Source: Vibrio phage vB_ValS_X1. Taken from it: a stretch of 24,000 nt of DNA. Position 1 is the first letter of the stretch. The number at the start of each line of letters is the position of its first letter. The position numbers and the translations under genes are program-made. The stretch is from sequence record MT442039.1, one strand, 5' to 3'. Below, in pieces: positions 1-9,595 of this stretch. Under the pieces are notes generated by a model that made no database searches, was not told the DNA's origin, and was given only the letters and a program-made list of their open reading frames with translations.

Positions 1-465
1 GGGAGTACTTTAGTACAAGTGTGCGTAACTCCTCCATACTTGCAGGAGTTACTTCTTCCACGACATCAAAATGCTTTGCTAAATAAATATCTGTTGTTTT
101 TGTAGGGGAGTGCCATACCTTGGTTAGGTACTTTTTACGATTTTGACCCCATCCGTAGGATGAAGCTTCTGGAGCGGTTTCGTTCTCTACCTGTGCTATA
201 AAGGTAAACACGTGCGAAATCCTCCATACTGTAGCGAGATACGCTCATGGATATTCTCTTTAATAACTATACTCCTATGGTGGTTAATTTTTGCCACTAT
301 ATTATTTTTATATACTCGCGAGATTTCGAGTATCTCACAGAATTTGGACGTAATAATGCTCGGCTGAGCTAGACAAGAGTCAAGAAGCTCGGGGGTAGCA
401 AAATTTATTCTGTGTTAATACTTTACGATTGTAAATCTCAGGTCTCGCCTCACCGACGCCCCACC

Positions 466-551
466 CGACAGAAGTTAACTGACTCACACAATCCGAGGAT
501 TGAGGCTGGCATTAACGGACAATCTAATAATAGACCTCCGAAGTGATAGTC
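466..551. repeat. Imperfect direct repeat copy 1 (CGACAGAAGTTAAC-GACTC-CACAATCCGA-GATTGAGGCT ... ATTAACGGACAA ... CCGA-GTGATAGTC)
   Basis: Shares long identical blocks in the same order with 613-716; contains the hairpin CAATC-CGAG-GATTG. Confidence 0.75.
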
Positions 552-612
552 TTGGCCCTGATAGGCCGGGGAGTTACGTACTTGGTGATAAAGTCCTTTA
601 CTAGCCACACTT

Positions 613-716
613 CGACAGAAGTTAACCGACTCGCACAATCCGAAGATTGAGGCTCATAATCCTAAGATTACGTTTTACATTAACGGACAACCCTGAGGGC
701 TTCCGAGGTGATAGTC
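613..716. repeat. Imperfect direct repeat copy 2
   Basis: Same ordered blocks as 466-551; hairpin CAATC-CGAA-GATTG plus an extra hairpin TAATC-CTAA-GATTA. Confidence 0.75.
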
Positions 717-938
717 GCGCCTTTTAAGACATAGTGCTGCTAAGACTTACTTTCTTAAAGTATTCTTAAATGCTCAGAATCGAACATTTAAGAATACCCT
801 AATTAAAGGGTATATAGGAGTTCTCTTATTAAAGAAGTACCAGCGTACTTGAGGGAAAGGTTGTCCAGACCTTTTAGAGAATAGATATACAGTATACTGA
901 CTTTTTAAAATTTTGTCAACTGATTTTTTAATGAGACC

Positions 939-1535
939 TTATGTTTGCCTATTGTGATAAGGATTACATAAGGAATTAGGTAAATCGGGACTATCTTTAG
1001 CCGCCATAGACCTAAAGATAGCACTACTAAGATTATCAGCTGTTAGTGTACTAGAAAGACAGGTATCCAAAGCATAAGGGTCTCCCAGATGAATAACCTT
1101 ACTTAACTTCTTGTTAAACAAGGTGAATACCTCTGTCGCCCCAGTAAATCGAGCAGTAGAGAAAGCCCTAAACGGCTCTAGTAAGAGCAGCATTAGACTC
1201 TCAGCCCAGCGAGGGTTCTCGCCCTCACACACACTTACCCTAGTCACTATTACATCCCTGTCTGTATACTGAGAAAACGCATCCGCAACCTCCTTCATCC
1301 TATTACCAGGGTCTCTGGACACTCCGACTTTGTGAAAAGACCTCCACTGACCATTGTCAATCTCTAAAGCCATGTCCATAACGTACAGTTTCTCTCGCCC
1401 CACAAGACCTCGATGCTTCCTTACAGTCTCCTGAGCAGGAACTAACTTCAACGCATCCGTCAGTTCCTTACGTAGTTCAGCCGCAGGAACTCCCCTAGCC
1501 AGGGAGTCTGTGATATACTTATCTACTCCACTCAT
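939..1535 (-). CDS. GIY-YIG/T5orf172-like domain protein (putative nuclease)
   Basis: 198 aa ORF; LYVMDMAL...FHKVGVSRDPGNRMKEV ... RWAESLMLLLLEPFRAF ... GATEVF resembles the GIY-YIG superfamily T5orf172 pattern. Confidence 0.55.
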   Translation of the reverse strand: MSGVDKYITDSLARGVPAAELRKELTDALKLVPAQETVRKHRGLVGREKLYVMDMALEIDNGQWRSFHKVGVSRDPGNRMKEVADAFSQYTDRDVIVTRVSVCEGENPRWAESLMLLLLEPFRAFSTARFTGATEVFTLFNKKLSKVIHLGDPYALDTCLSSTLTADNLSSAIFRSMAAKDSPDLPNSLCNPYHNRQT

Positions 1536-1916
1536 TTATTTGCGAGTCCACATTCCTAGTTCAACTAGTTTATTTCGTCTAAGTTCGATGTAATGCAACC
1601 TTTCTTCTGCTCGCATATCGGGAGTAATTAAGACACCTTTGCTGCGTTGAATAGTTACAGGGAAGTACGGCTTCAATAGTAGCTTTTGCACTTCCCTCTT
1701 TTGCCACTCACTTAATTCTTGGTAGAAAGGAGAAGAGAAGTGGTGGTTATGAATACTGATAAGTTTATGTAGTGCCCAAGCATCTTTCCCAGGCCTATGA
1801 ACAGCCACAGAAAACCCTTGGTTGCTGCATACCAGAGCCATTCCCAAAGCCACGGCAGTATCTGTTAGTTTCTTAATCTGGTGGTGTACTTTTACGTGGT
1901 AGTTAGTCCAAATCAT
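1536..1916 (-). CDS. Hypothetical protein
   Basis: 126 aa ORF immediately upstream of the 1535-939 gene on the minus strand; stop and next start are adjacent. Confidence 0.6.
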   Translation of the reverse strand: MIWTNYHVKVHHQIKKLTDTAVALGMALVCSNQGFSVAVHRPGKDAWALHKLISIHNHHFSSPFYQELSEWQKREVQKLLLKPYFPVTIQRSKGVLITPDMRAEERLHYIELRRNKLVELGMWTRK

Positions 1917-1952
1917 GTGCGCTCTCTTTGGTTATTTTTCGAATATACGCAT

Positions 1953-1958
1953 ATTATA
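1953..1958 (-). promoter_or_regulatory. Putative minus-strand promoter -10 (TTTTGTATAATATG)
   Basis: Reverse complement matches the TGTATAAT motif seen before plus-strand genes; upstream of the minus-strand gene pair. Confidence 0.5.
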
Positions 1959-2205
1959 CAAAATAACCGGCTCCCTGGCTACTGAAATTTTACGGAATTC
2001 TCCTCGCGCGCACGCGTACTAATAAGGCCCGCGTGATAGTACATCTTTTTGCCCCTTCATGGCAAGTGAAATTTTTAAAATCGCTCTAATAACCACCACA
2101 ACTGTAGGTTAGCGAGCTTTAGAAAATTTTACTTGCATCTATGCCCCATATTTGATATGATATAGTCTAAGTTGAAAAGCTCTATTACGAGAAAAAGGAA
2201 ACTAA

Positions 2206-3642
2206 ATGTCACAAAAACTATATATACTAGATACCAACGTACTACTTTCTGACCCTCATGCTGTTCTTAAGTTTGAGGAGCATAACGTAGCAATCCCAAT
2301 GACTGTACTAGAGGAGCTAGACCGACAGAAGTCAAGTGACAGAGATGTAGCCCGCGACGCCCGAGCTGTCATCCGTACCTTAGACTCAATCATCCGCGAT
2401 ATGGATGCTATTGAGGGCGGCGTTGAAATGAACTCAGGTGGACGACTATTCGTTTTACCTAACATCGGTGTCCCTGAAGCCATTAAAGTTACTTGTCCGG
2501 ACGATGCAATTATCAATGCAACGATTTATCAGCAAGAACCAGCCGAAGGCTCAGAAGCTTTCAAGGGCTCACCTGTTCTCGTAACTAACGATGTTTGCAT
2601 GCGCTTAAAGGCTAGGGGCGCAGGCGTACAACAAGTTCAAGAGTATCGTAATGATGTAGTGGTTCAAGACCCTGACCTACTACCTCGTGGGTACTTCGAA
2701 GTACCAGACGGCTGGCTAAGCACTGTAGGTAACGACGACGTTATCTCAAAATCTTGCGGTCGCACCCTAATTAAAACCTCAGTAATCGAAGAATTACTAG
2801 GAGATGAACCTTTCGGTATCAACGATTGGCTAATCAACGAGGAAGACGGTATCTTCGCTCAGCTAGAGGGGCCTGTAGAAGGCGATTCTCGCTACGAAGA
2901 TGGTATGTACCTCGAATTTACTTTCGTAAACGCTGGACAATTCCTGAACCGAAAGGCTTCTGGTATTGTTCCTAAAGACTTTTACCAAGCCATTGCGCTA
3001 GACGCTCTACTAGACCCTGAACTAGACATCGTGATTATCAACGGTGCCGCAGGTTCTGGTAAGACTTTGCTAGCTATGGCAGCAGCAGTAGAGATGGTTA
3101 AAGGAAAACGTGGCTACCGTCATTACGACGTTATCGTTTCCCGAAGCATGCACTCTCAGTTCGACGATATCGGTTTCTTACCTGGTAATGAGTCTGAGAA
3201 GACCAAGCCATGGTTAAGCGGTGTTACTGATAACTTAGAGCACCTGGCACGAGTAACCAAGAACATGAAGCTACACCCTAATAACTCCATTGTTAGCTCA
3301 ACAGATACTCCAACTGACGAGCAGGGTGGTGATGCGTTCATCCAAGCTAAAGCACTAAACTTTATGCGTGGTCGTTCTATCGTTCACAAAGTCTTCATTA
3401 TAGACGAAATTCAAAACTTAACTCAGTCACAAGTTAAAACCATAATCTCCCGTGCGGGTGAATACTGTAAGGTTGTCCTAATGGGCTCCCTAAATCAGAT
3501 TGACTCTCCAATTGTAACCCCTAGAACTTCGGCACTAGCCTGTACTACCGAAAAATTCCATGGAGAACCGTTCGCCAAGGTGATTACACTAGGTGGAGTA
3601 CACCGCTCTCGCCTAGCTAAATTTGCTGACGAGCACCTTTAA
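2206..3642 (+). CDS. phoH: PhoH-like ATPase with N-terminal PIN domain
   Basis: MSQKLYILDTNVLLSDPHAV...LEELDRQK (PIN-like) followed by a P-loop IINGAAGSGKTLLAMAAAVEM and VFIIDEIQNL. Confidence 0.92.
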   Translation: MSQKLYILDTNVLLSDPHAVLKFEEHNVAIPMTVLEELDRQKSSDRDVARDARAVIRTLDSIIRDMDAIEGGVEMNSGGRLFVLPNIGVPEAIKVTCPDDAIINATIYQQEPAEGSEAFKGSPVLVTNDVCMRLKARGAGVQQVQEYRNDVVVQDPDLLPRGYFEVPDGWLSTVGNDDVISKSCGRTLIKTSVIEELLGDEPFGINDWLINEEDGIFAQLEGPVEGDSRYEDGMYLEFTFVNAGQFLNRKASGIVPKDFYQAIALDALLDPELDIVIINGAAGSGKTLLAMAAAVEMVKGKRGYRHYDVIVSRSMHSQFDDIGFLPGNESEKTKPWLSGVTDNLEHLARVTKNMKLHPNNSIVSSTDTPTDEQGGDAFIQAKALNFMRGRSIVHKVFIIDEIQNLTQSQVKTIISRAGEYCKVVLMGSLNQIDSPIVTPRTSALACTTEKFHGEPFAKVITLGGVHRSRLAKFADEHL

Positions 3643-3646
3643 AACT

Positions 3647-3670
3647 AACCCCGCCTAGAGCGGGGTTTTT
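3647..3670 (+). terminator. Rho-independent terminator after phoH
   Basis: AACCCCGC-CTAGA-GCGGGGTTTTT. Confidence 0.85.
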
Positions 3671-3710
3671 ATTCCCCAAAATTTCATTTGCGGACATACC
3701 CAACATTTTG

Positions 3711-3716
3711 TATAAT
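3711..3716 (+). promoter_or_regulatory. Putative promoter -10 upstream of nrdA
   Basis: TTTTGTATAATACTTTCCAGAAATTGAGAGAGGAG; same architecture as other sites. Confidence 0.55.
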
Positions 3717-3746
3717 ACTTTCCAGAAATTGAGAGAGGAGCATTAA

Positions 3747-5936
3747 TTGATTTCAACAGTAGTAAAGCACGACGGACGAACAGAACCATTCTCCGCAACC
3801 AAACTTAACCGCCTAGCAGAATACGCGGCGGTAGACCCGACTATGATGTCGGATATCTCCCTTAACACACTAAAGAACTTGTATGACGGTGTGTCAACTC
3901 AAGAAATCCTAGAGAGTATGATTCGTTACTGTCTTCTAAAAGAAGATTTAGCGTATACTCGCGCTGCCGCACGCCTAGAGGAAGCTATCATCCTAAAAAA
4001 TGCCGAACGACTAGGTATTGATGGAGTAGATGACTTCAAAGGTTCTATGGAGCAGCTAATTGAGCTGGGATTATGGTGTGAAGTAACCCTGCCTAAATAT
4101 AACCCTGAGTGGGAGAATTGGCTAATCGAACTATCCAATATCCCTCTAGAGTACTGGACTATTAAGCAATGGTCTGACAAGTACTGTACCAAATACGAAG
4201 GCTTGTGTGTAGAACCAGTCGCTTTAGGTGCTATTGGCATCGGTTTAGCACATCACGGAGACACTCAACTAGCACTAGATACTGCGCGAGCAATTGTACG
4301 AGGAAAGATTAACCTACCAACGCCTGCCTTAAACGGTGGTCGTACAGGTGATTTTGACTCCGTTTCTTGCTGTGTAATTTCCGGTGGTGACAACACGCAC
4401 TCACTAGGTGTAGCAGACCATATCGCGTATGAAATGACAGCGAAAAAAGCTGGTATCGGTATCGAACTAGACACCCGTAGTAAGGGTGCCCCTGTTAAGA
4501 ACGGTCGAGTAGAGCACCTAGGTAAGCATTCACTGTACAAGCGAATTGACTCGGCTGTTAAGGCATTGACGCAGCAAACCCGTGGTGGTTCAGCAACCGT
4601 ATCTTACAAGTGTATTGACCCAGAAATTCAGAAACTCCTTCAATGGAAAACACAGAAGGTGGACATTGAGGAACGTATTGATAAACTGGACTATAGCTTC
4701 TGTATTAATGATGCGTTCATGGAAGCTGTAATAGCTAAGAGAGAGTGGAAGCTATACGACCTACTAGAAGCGCCTAAGATGCACGAGCTTTTCTTCTCAA
4801 AGGAGAAACTAACCCTAGCAGAATGGGAAGCAGAAGGGTCTAAGTATAAGAGTGCAGGCTCAGTAGATGCCTTGTCTCTACTTAAGCAGTTCCTAACAGC
4901 ACGCCAAGAGACTGGTCGTGTATACTGTTTTAATGCTTCACGAGCTAACTCACATACACCTTTTGAAGACCCTATTCGTCTATCAAACCTATGTCAAGAA
5001 ATCTTCCTACCTACTAAACCGTATGTAGATATGCTAGATTTATACGTAGGTGACGAGAACGGTGATTCTATCGGTGAGACAGCATTCTGTAGCTTATCAG
5101 CAATCAACTACGCTAACGTTGAAGAACACGAAATCGAACATATCGTGGAAGTAGCTCTACGAACTGTAGATAGCATGATTGAAAAAGCACCTGGCCTTAC
5201 CAAGCCTATGAAGAAGCAGATGCTGAAGCGTCGCTCTGTAGGTATCGGTATCACTGGCCTAGCACAGTTCCTGTATAAGAATGGCCTGGACTACGATGGC
5301 TCTCCAGAATCTCTGGAAGCTGTGTCTCGTCTAGCAGAACAGCACATGTTCTTCCTGTATAAAGCATCTATCAAGATGGCTAAAGAGGCAGGAGAGTCTG
5401 TAACAGGAATTACTGATTGGCTACCTATCGACACACGAGTCAATAAGAAGTACGAGCCTATCATGTCATGGGAGTCGATTCGAGGTCTTCCTCGCAGACA
5501 CTCCGTTCTAGTAGCACATATGCCTACAGAATCTAGTGCTGTGTTTAGTGGTGCGTCAAACGGTCTATACCCTCCTCGTGAGCGTGTAATCTACAAGAAA
5601 GCACGAACAGGTAACGTACAGTTCATTGTTGACCAAGAGAACTTCTTGACAGCTTGGGAAGTGCCTAACACTCGCCACATGCAGTACTACAGCCGAGTGC
5701 AGGACTGGACAGACCAAGGTATCTCAGCGGATACTTACGTAGTTCCTGAGAACTACCCTAACGGCAAGGTTCCTATGTCTGAACTAATCAAGCAAATCAT
5801 TTACTTCTGGAAGTCAGGAACCAAATCCTTGTACTACCAGAACACTAAAGACAAAACATCAAAAACAGCACAAGATGCTATAGCGGCAGCCAATGCCGAA
5901 GTAGACGAAGGCTGTGAAGGAGGTTGTAAACTGTAA
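3747..5936 (+). CDS. nrdA: Ribonucleoside-diphosphate reductase class I alpha subunit
   Basis: 729 aa; N-terminal ATP-cone-like segment, SVSCCVISGGDN, LCQEIFLPT, NLYVGDENG/CSLSAINYA region, C-terminal CEGGCKL; TTG start after GAGAGGAG. Confidence 0.93.
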   Translation: MISTVVKHDGRTEPFSATKLNRLAEYAAVDPTMMSDISLNTLKNLYDGVSTQEILESMIRYCLLKEDLAYTRAAARLEEAIILKNAERLGIDGVDDFKGSMEQLIELGLWCEVTLPKYNPEWENWLIELSNIPLEYWTIKQWSDKYCTKYEGLCVEPVALGAIGIGLAHHGDTQLALDTARAIVRGKINLPTPALNGGRTGDFDSVSCCVISGGDNTHSLGVADHIAYEMTAKKAGIGIELDTRSKGAPVKNGRVEHLGKHSLYKRIDSAVKALTQQTRGGSATVSYKCIDPEIQKLLQWKTQKVDIEERIDKLDYSFCINDAFMEAVIAKREWKLYDLLEAPKMHELFFSKEKLTLAEWEAEGSKYKSAGSVDALSLLKQFLTARQETGRVYCFNASRANSHTPFEDPIRLSNLCQEIFLPTKPYVDMLDLYVGDENGDSIGETAFCSLSAINYANVEEHEIEHIVEVALRTVDSMIEKAPGLTKPMKKQMLKRRSVGIGITGLAQFLYKNGLDYDGSPESLEAVSRLAEQHMFFLYKASIKMAKEAGESVTGITDWLPIDTRVNKKYEPIMSWESIRGLPRRHSVLVAHMPTESSAVFSGASNGLYPPRERVIYKKARTGNVQFIVDQENFLTAWEVPNTRHMQYYSRVQDWTDQGISADTYVVPENYPNGKVPMSELIKQIIYFWKSGTKSLYYQNTKDKTSKTAQDAIAAANAEVDEGCEGGCKL

Positions 5937-6112
5937 TGTGCTTCCCCACATATACTCCGTATACTCCAGAACACAAAGAAGTATACCTGGCAGCTCGCGC
6001 TGCCGGGCTTACTATGCTAGATGCTGGAAAGCTGCTAAAAAGCACTTTCGGCCTTACCTCTTTCTTAGACGCTAAGCGTTTAGTACATATTATTGAAGGA
6101 GAACTAAATTGA
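5936..6112 (+). CDS. Small hypothetical protein between nrdA and nrdB (58 aa)
   Basis: ATG overlaps the nrdA TAA (TAATG); stop overlaps the TTG start of nrdB (TTGA); MCFPTYTPYTPEHKEVYLAARAAG... Confidence 0.6.
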   Translation: MCFPTYTPYTPEHKEVYLAARAAGLTMLDAGKLLKSTFGLTSFLDAKRLVHIIEGELN

Positions 6113-7197
6113 GTAAGTTCAACCCCAACAACACAGGCTATAAGAAGCAAAAATACAAACTCTTCTTAGACGAACAAATGGGTTTACCGGATACTGTAAA
6201 CGTAACCTACCCAAAACTAGAGGAGCTGTATCAAGACCAGGTAGCTCAAATCTGGAATGAGTTTGAGGTTAGCCTAACCCAAGACCGTATGGACATGCAA
6301 AAGGCACCACAAGGCCTAGTACGTCCTATGCAACGCACGATTAGTTGGCAAATGCTAGCCGACGCAGTAGCGGCTCGTTCCATCGGAGCACTATTACTTA
6401 AGCACGTAACGAACCCCGAGCTAGAAAATCTAATTAACCTCTGGGCGTTCTTTGAGACTATCCATAACCGAACATACGCACATATCGTAAAGCAAACTTT
6501 CCAAGACCCAACGGAAATGATGCAGGAAACCTACGAGAATGCGCAGGTTATCATGCGTTCTCAAAACATCGTAAAAGCATTCGATGCTTTAGAAGACCTG
6601 CCAAAAGAGGCTAGTGAGCGAGAAGTGAAACGTGCGCTTCTACGTGCATTAGTGGCATTGTTTGCCTTGGAAGCTATTTCTTTCATGGGTTCTTTTGCTG
6701 TTACCTTCGCGATTACGGAAGCCAAAGTCTTCCAAGGTATTGGGCAGCTAGTAACTCTTATCTGTCGTGATGAGCAACTACATACACGATTCGATTACGA
6801 GATTCTGAACATCCTTCTCTACAAAGAGGGCTGGGCGGCAGAAGCAGCTCTTATGACAGAAGAGCTAAAAGCAATCCTGGATGAAGTAGTTCAGCAAGAA
6901 CTAGATTGGGCATCTTATATCTTCGAAGAGGATAACATGGTAGGGCTTAACGAGAAGCTACTACAGTCTTATATCCTATACATGGCTCGTCCTGTGTATG
7001 AAGCACTAGGAATCCCATTTGACTTTGAAGTTATCAAAGAAAATCCACTACCTTACATGACCAAGTACATTGATTCTAGTAAGATGCAGGCAGCAGCTCA
7101 AGAAATCCAAATCACGTCCTACCAAATTGGGGCAATTTCGGATGACAGTGACGACCTTGACTTCGGCGATATGGACTTCGACGCTGATTTCGAATAA
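6109..7197 (+). CDS. nrdB: Ribonucleoside-diphosphate reductase class I beta subunit
   Basis: 362 aa; ETIHNRTYAH retains the E-x2-H-x3-Y spacing of metal ligands and radical Tyr; RDEQLHTRF; TTG start. Confidence 0.92.
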   Translation: MSKFNPNNTGYKKQKYKLFLDEQMGLPDTVNVTYPKLEELYQDQVAQIWNEFEVSLTQDRMDMQKAPQGLVRPMQRTISWQMLADAVAARSIGALLLKHVTNPELENLINLWAFFETIHNRTYAHIVKQTFQDPTEMMQETYENAQVIMRSQNIVKAFDALEDLPKEASEREVKRALLRALVALFALEAISFMGSFAVTFAITEAKVFQGIGQLVTLICRDEQLHTRFDYEILNILLYKEGWAAEAALMTEELKAILDEVVQQELDWASYIFEEDNMVGLNEKLLQSYILYMARPVYEALGIPFDFEVIKENPLPYMTKYIDSSKMQAAAQEIQITSYQIGAISDDSDDLDFGDMDFDADFE

Positions 7198-7204
7198 TTA
7201 CAAT

Positions 7205-7233
7205 AGCCAATTCAACTTGGATTGGCTTATAAT
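7205..7233 (+). promoter_or_regulatory. Terminator-like hairpin followed directly by a promoter-like TATAAT
   Basis: AGCCAAT-TCAACTTGG-ATTGGCT then TATAATATATTTTT. Confidence 0.5.
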
Positions 7234-7259
7234 ATATTTTTAATTGATGGAGAAACCCT

Positions 7260-7433
7260 ATGGACAAAGTACTTGACCTACGAGAAGTTGACTTAGCTAG
7301 CCTAACTAAACAACAAATTTGTTCCCGCATTCATCTAATCCAAGATGAGCAGCGACGTCTGGAGAAAGAACATCGAAATCTTGTCCGTATGGAGGCCGCA
7401 CTAACTCAGGAGCTATATGACCGCAATGATTAA
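7260..7433 (+). CDS. Small hypothetical protein (57 aa)
   Basis: MDKVLDLREVDLASLTKQQICSRIHLIQDEQRRLEKEHRNL...; preceded by TGATGGAGAAAC; overlaps the downstream start. Confidence 0.6.
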   Translation: MDKVLDLREVDLASLTKQQICSRIHLIQDEQRRLEKEHRNLVRMEAALTQELYDRND

Positions 7434-7950
7434 ACTGGCTGTAGCCACAGGAGAGCGGGGCGAGTTTGGGTTAAAGGGAGGGCTGCCTTGGGGTAAGCCC
7501 TTGTCCGCAGATATGAAGGAATTTCGTAAGTTTACGGAAGACTGTACACTGCTTATGGGGAGCGCGACATTCGAATCCCTACCCACTAAACTACCTGGCC
7601 GAAAACACGTAGTATTGTCTAGTAGGGAAGTTCAGGCTAAGGATGGCTCAAAACCAGACTTAATCCTGAACGAAGCAATTACCGAGATGCTACTACATTC
7701 TATCGTGTTCCTATTCGATAGGTGTGTATGTGTTATCGGAGGTGCAGGAGTAGTGGAAACATGCGCTCCTTTTGCCCAAGAAATACTACATACCTACATA
7801 AAACCTTTAGGCATTCATGCAATGAACGCTGATGTCTATGTAGACACATCGAAGCTGTATTACCACCCAACTAGGCAGTTAGAAATAGTATCAGCAGGCT
7901 GTGAAGGGGATTACCACTACTGCGTATCCATCCTTAGGAGAGAAAATTGA
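7426..7950 (+). CDS. folA: Dihydrofolate reductase
   Basis: MIKLAVATGERGEFGLKGGLPWGKPLSADMKEFRKFT...LLMGSATFESLP-KLPGRKHVVLSS...CVIGGAGV. The ATG at 7426 is preferred over the track start at 7417. Confidence 0.88.
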   Translation: MIKLAVATGERGEFGLKGGLPWGKPLSADMKEFRKFTEDCTLLMGSATFESLPTKLPGRKHVVLSSREVQAKDGSKPDLILNEAITEMLLHSIVFLFDRCVCVIGGAGVVETCAPFAQEILHTYIKPLGIHAMNADVYVDTSKLYYHPTRQLEIVSAGCEGDYHYCVSILRREN

Positions 7951-8777
7951 AAGGCACACAAAAACTATTAGAACTTGGTAACAAAATCCTGACGGAAGGT
8001 GAGTGGATTTACAACGAGAGAACTGGCAAGAACTGCCTGACCATTCCCATTCATATAGCTACCTACGATGTAGGTGCGGGCGATTTTCCTATAGACACTA
8101 CCCGTAAACAAGCATACCGTGGCCCTATCATGGAGCTGTTAGGGTATGTACGGGGTTTAACAAACGCACAAGATTTTGCGGATATAGGTGCTCCAACATG
8201 GTTCTCTAACGCCAACAAAACAAAGGCTTGGTTAAATAACCCCCACAGGAAGGGGGAGAACGATTGTGGACAAATCTATGGAGCAGTAGCTCAGGCTGAC
8301 TTTGTAAAGGTATACAAGAACCTGAAGGCTGGTATCGACGACCGAGGCGAAATTATTACCTTCTGGCGTCCAGAAACTTTTGCAAAAGCCTGTCTACGCC
8401 CTTGTATGCACACCCACAGTTTCCAATTGGTAAATGGAACTCTGCATATGACTAGTATCCAGCGAAGCGCAGATGTGCCTATGGCGGGGTCGTGGAACGC
8501 TATTCAGTGTTACGTACTCCTAGCATTAATGGCACAGATAACTGGACATAAGCCAGGGAAAGTTACGCACATAATTAATAACGCACACATTTACGAAGAC
8601 CAGCTAGAGCTGTTTGAAGAACAAATGTGTCGCATTAGTATGTTCTGTAAGCCCAAGCTAATCATCAATCCTGAGATTAAGACTTTAGAAGACTTACAAA
8701 CTTGGGTAACTAAGGAAGACTTCACTCTAGAAGGTTACGCATCTCACGAGAGCATAACATACCCGTTCTCAGAATAA
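7947..8777 (+). CDS. thyA: Thymidylate synthase family protein
   Basis: 276 aa; GQIYG, RPCMHTHSFQL (PC catalytic motif), QRSADVPMAGSWNAIQ, NNAHIYEDQLE; TTG start overlapping the folA stop. Confidence 0.88.
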   Translation: MKGTQKLLELGNKILTEGEWIYNERTGKNCLTIPIHIATYDVGAGDFPIDTTRKQAYRGPIMELLGYVRGLTNAQDFADIGAPTWFSNANKTKAWLNNPHRKGENDCGQIYGAVAQADFVKVYKNLKAGIDDRGEIITFWRPETFAKACLRPCMHTHSFQLVNGTLHMTSIQRSADVPMAGSWNAIQCYVLLALMAQITGHKPGKVTHIINNAHIYEDQLELFEEQMCRISMFCKPKLIINPEIKTLEDLQTWVTKEDFTLEGYASHESITYPFSE

Positions 8778-8789
8778 TTTTAATTGCTA

Positions 8790-8841
8790 AAAAGCCCTCA
8801 ATTCCGTATAATATACTTATATTCTGGAATTGAGGGCTTTT
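8790..8841 (+). promoter_or_regulatory. Promoter-like TATAAT inside the loop of a perfect 16-bp inverted repeat
   Basis: AAAAGCCCTCAATTCC (8790-8805) / GGAATTGAGGGCTTTT (8826-8841), spacer gTATAATatacttatattct. Confidence 0.8.
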
Positions 8842-8843
8842 CT

Positions 8844-9095
8844 ATGGCTGAACTAAAAACTATATCTATACATGCTTTGATACTGGAGTATTCTGGTGTT
8901 TCGGAAAAGGAGCCTAGTTATAGACTAGGACAGCATTTCATAAATAGATGTGTAAGGGATGACAAAGACCCCTTACTGGCAGGGTTGTGGGAGGAAACCG
9001 ACCCAGAGATGGCCAGCATACAGATTTTGAAAGTGTGCGATGCTTGGCAATGGGATTTACGAAATCTTCCTGTAGAAAGAGATTGGAGCGTATAA
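8844..9095 (+). CDS. Hypothetical protein
   Basis: MAELKTISIHALILEYSG...; the ATG at 8844 is preferred because 8784 lies in the terminator/promoter element. Confidence 0.65.
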   Translation: MAELKTISIHALILEYSGVSEKEPSYRLGQHFINRCVRDDKDPLLAGLWEETDPEMASIQILKVCDAWQWDLRNLPVERDWSV

Positions 9096-9595
9096 TGTAT
9101 TATGTATTTACTGACGGAGGGGCTCGTGGTAACGGCAAGGGTGTCTCCGCTTGGGCAATGGTGGTTTACGACAAGAACGAGGTTCGTGTAGGCTCCAAAT
9201 CTGAGGGCTTTGGCTCAAACTTTGGGTATACCAACAACTTCACCGAACTAACGGCAGTATTGAGAGCGTTAGAGTGGGCTAAGAAAGCCAAAGTTAAAGT
9301 GTCTATCCGCACAGATTCTAATTATGTAAAACAGGGAATCAACGAATGGATGCCGAAGTGGATAAAGAATCACTGGAGAACTTCCGCTAACAAACCAGTT
9401 AAAAACGTAGAGCTATGGAGGCCAATATACCACCTGTATAAAGAGCTAGGGGATATGGTAGAAGTTATTCATGTCCCAGGACACGCAACAGGCAATAGTT
9501 TTAACGCGGTTGGCAACAGAGCAGCAGACGCATTATGCAACTTAGCTATGGATGAGAAGGAGGCGTATGAGTGGATGTACTCTCAAGAAGATTAA
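9095..9595 (+). CDS. rnhA: Ribonuclease HI
   Basis: MYYVFTDGGARGNGKGVSAWAMVV...NNFTELTAVLRALEWA...RTDSNYVKQGI...HVPGHATG..FNAVGNRAAD. Start at 9095 (TAATG overlap), not 8987. Confidence 0.9.
   Translation: MYYVFTDGGARGNGKGVSAWAMVVYDKNEVRVGSKSEGFGSNFGYTNNFTELTAVLRALEWAKKAKVKVSIRTDSNYVKQGINEWMPKWIKNHWRTSANKPVKNVELWRPIYHLYKELGDMVEVIHVPGHATGNSFNAVGNRAADALCNLAMDEKEAYEWMYSQED

Noticed and set aside
3156-3341. Minus-strand ORFs inside phoH, nrdA and nrdB (for example 3156-3341, 3926-4240, 4265-4540, 5878-6150)
   Set aside because: Antisense to strongly supported genes, no domain or RBS support.
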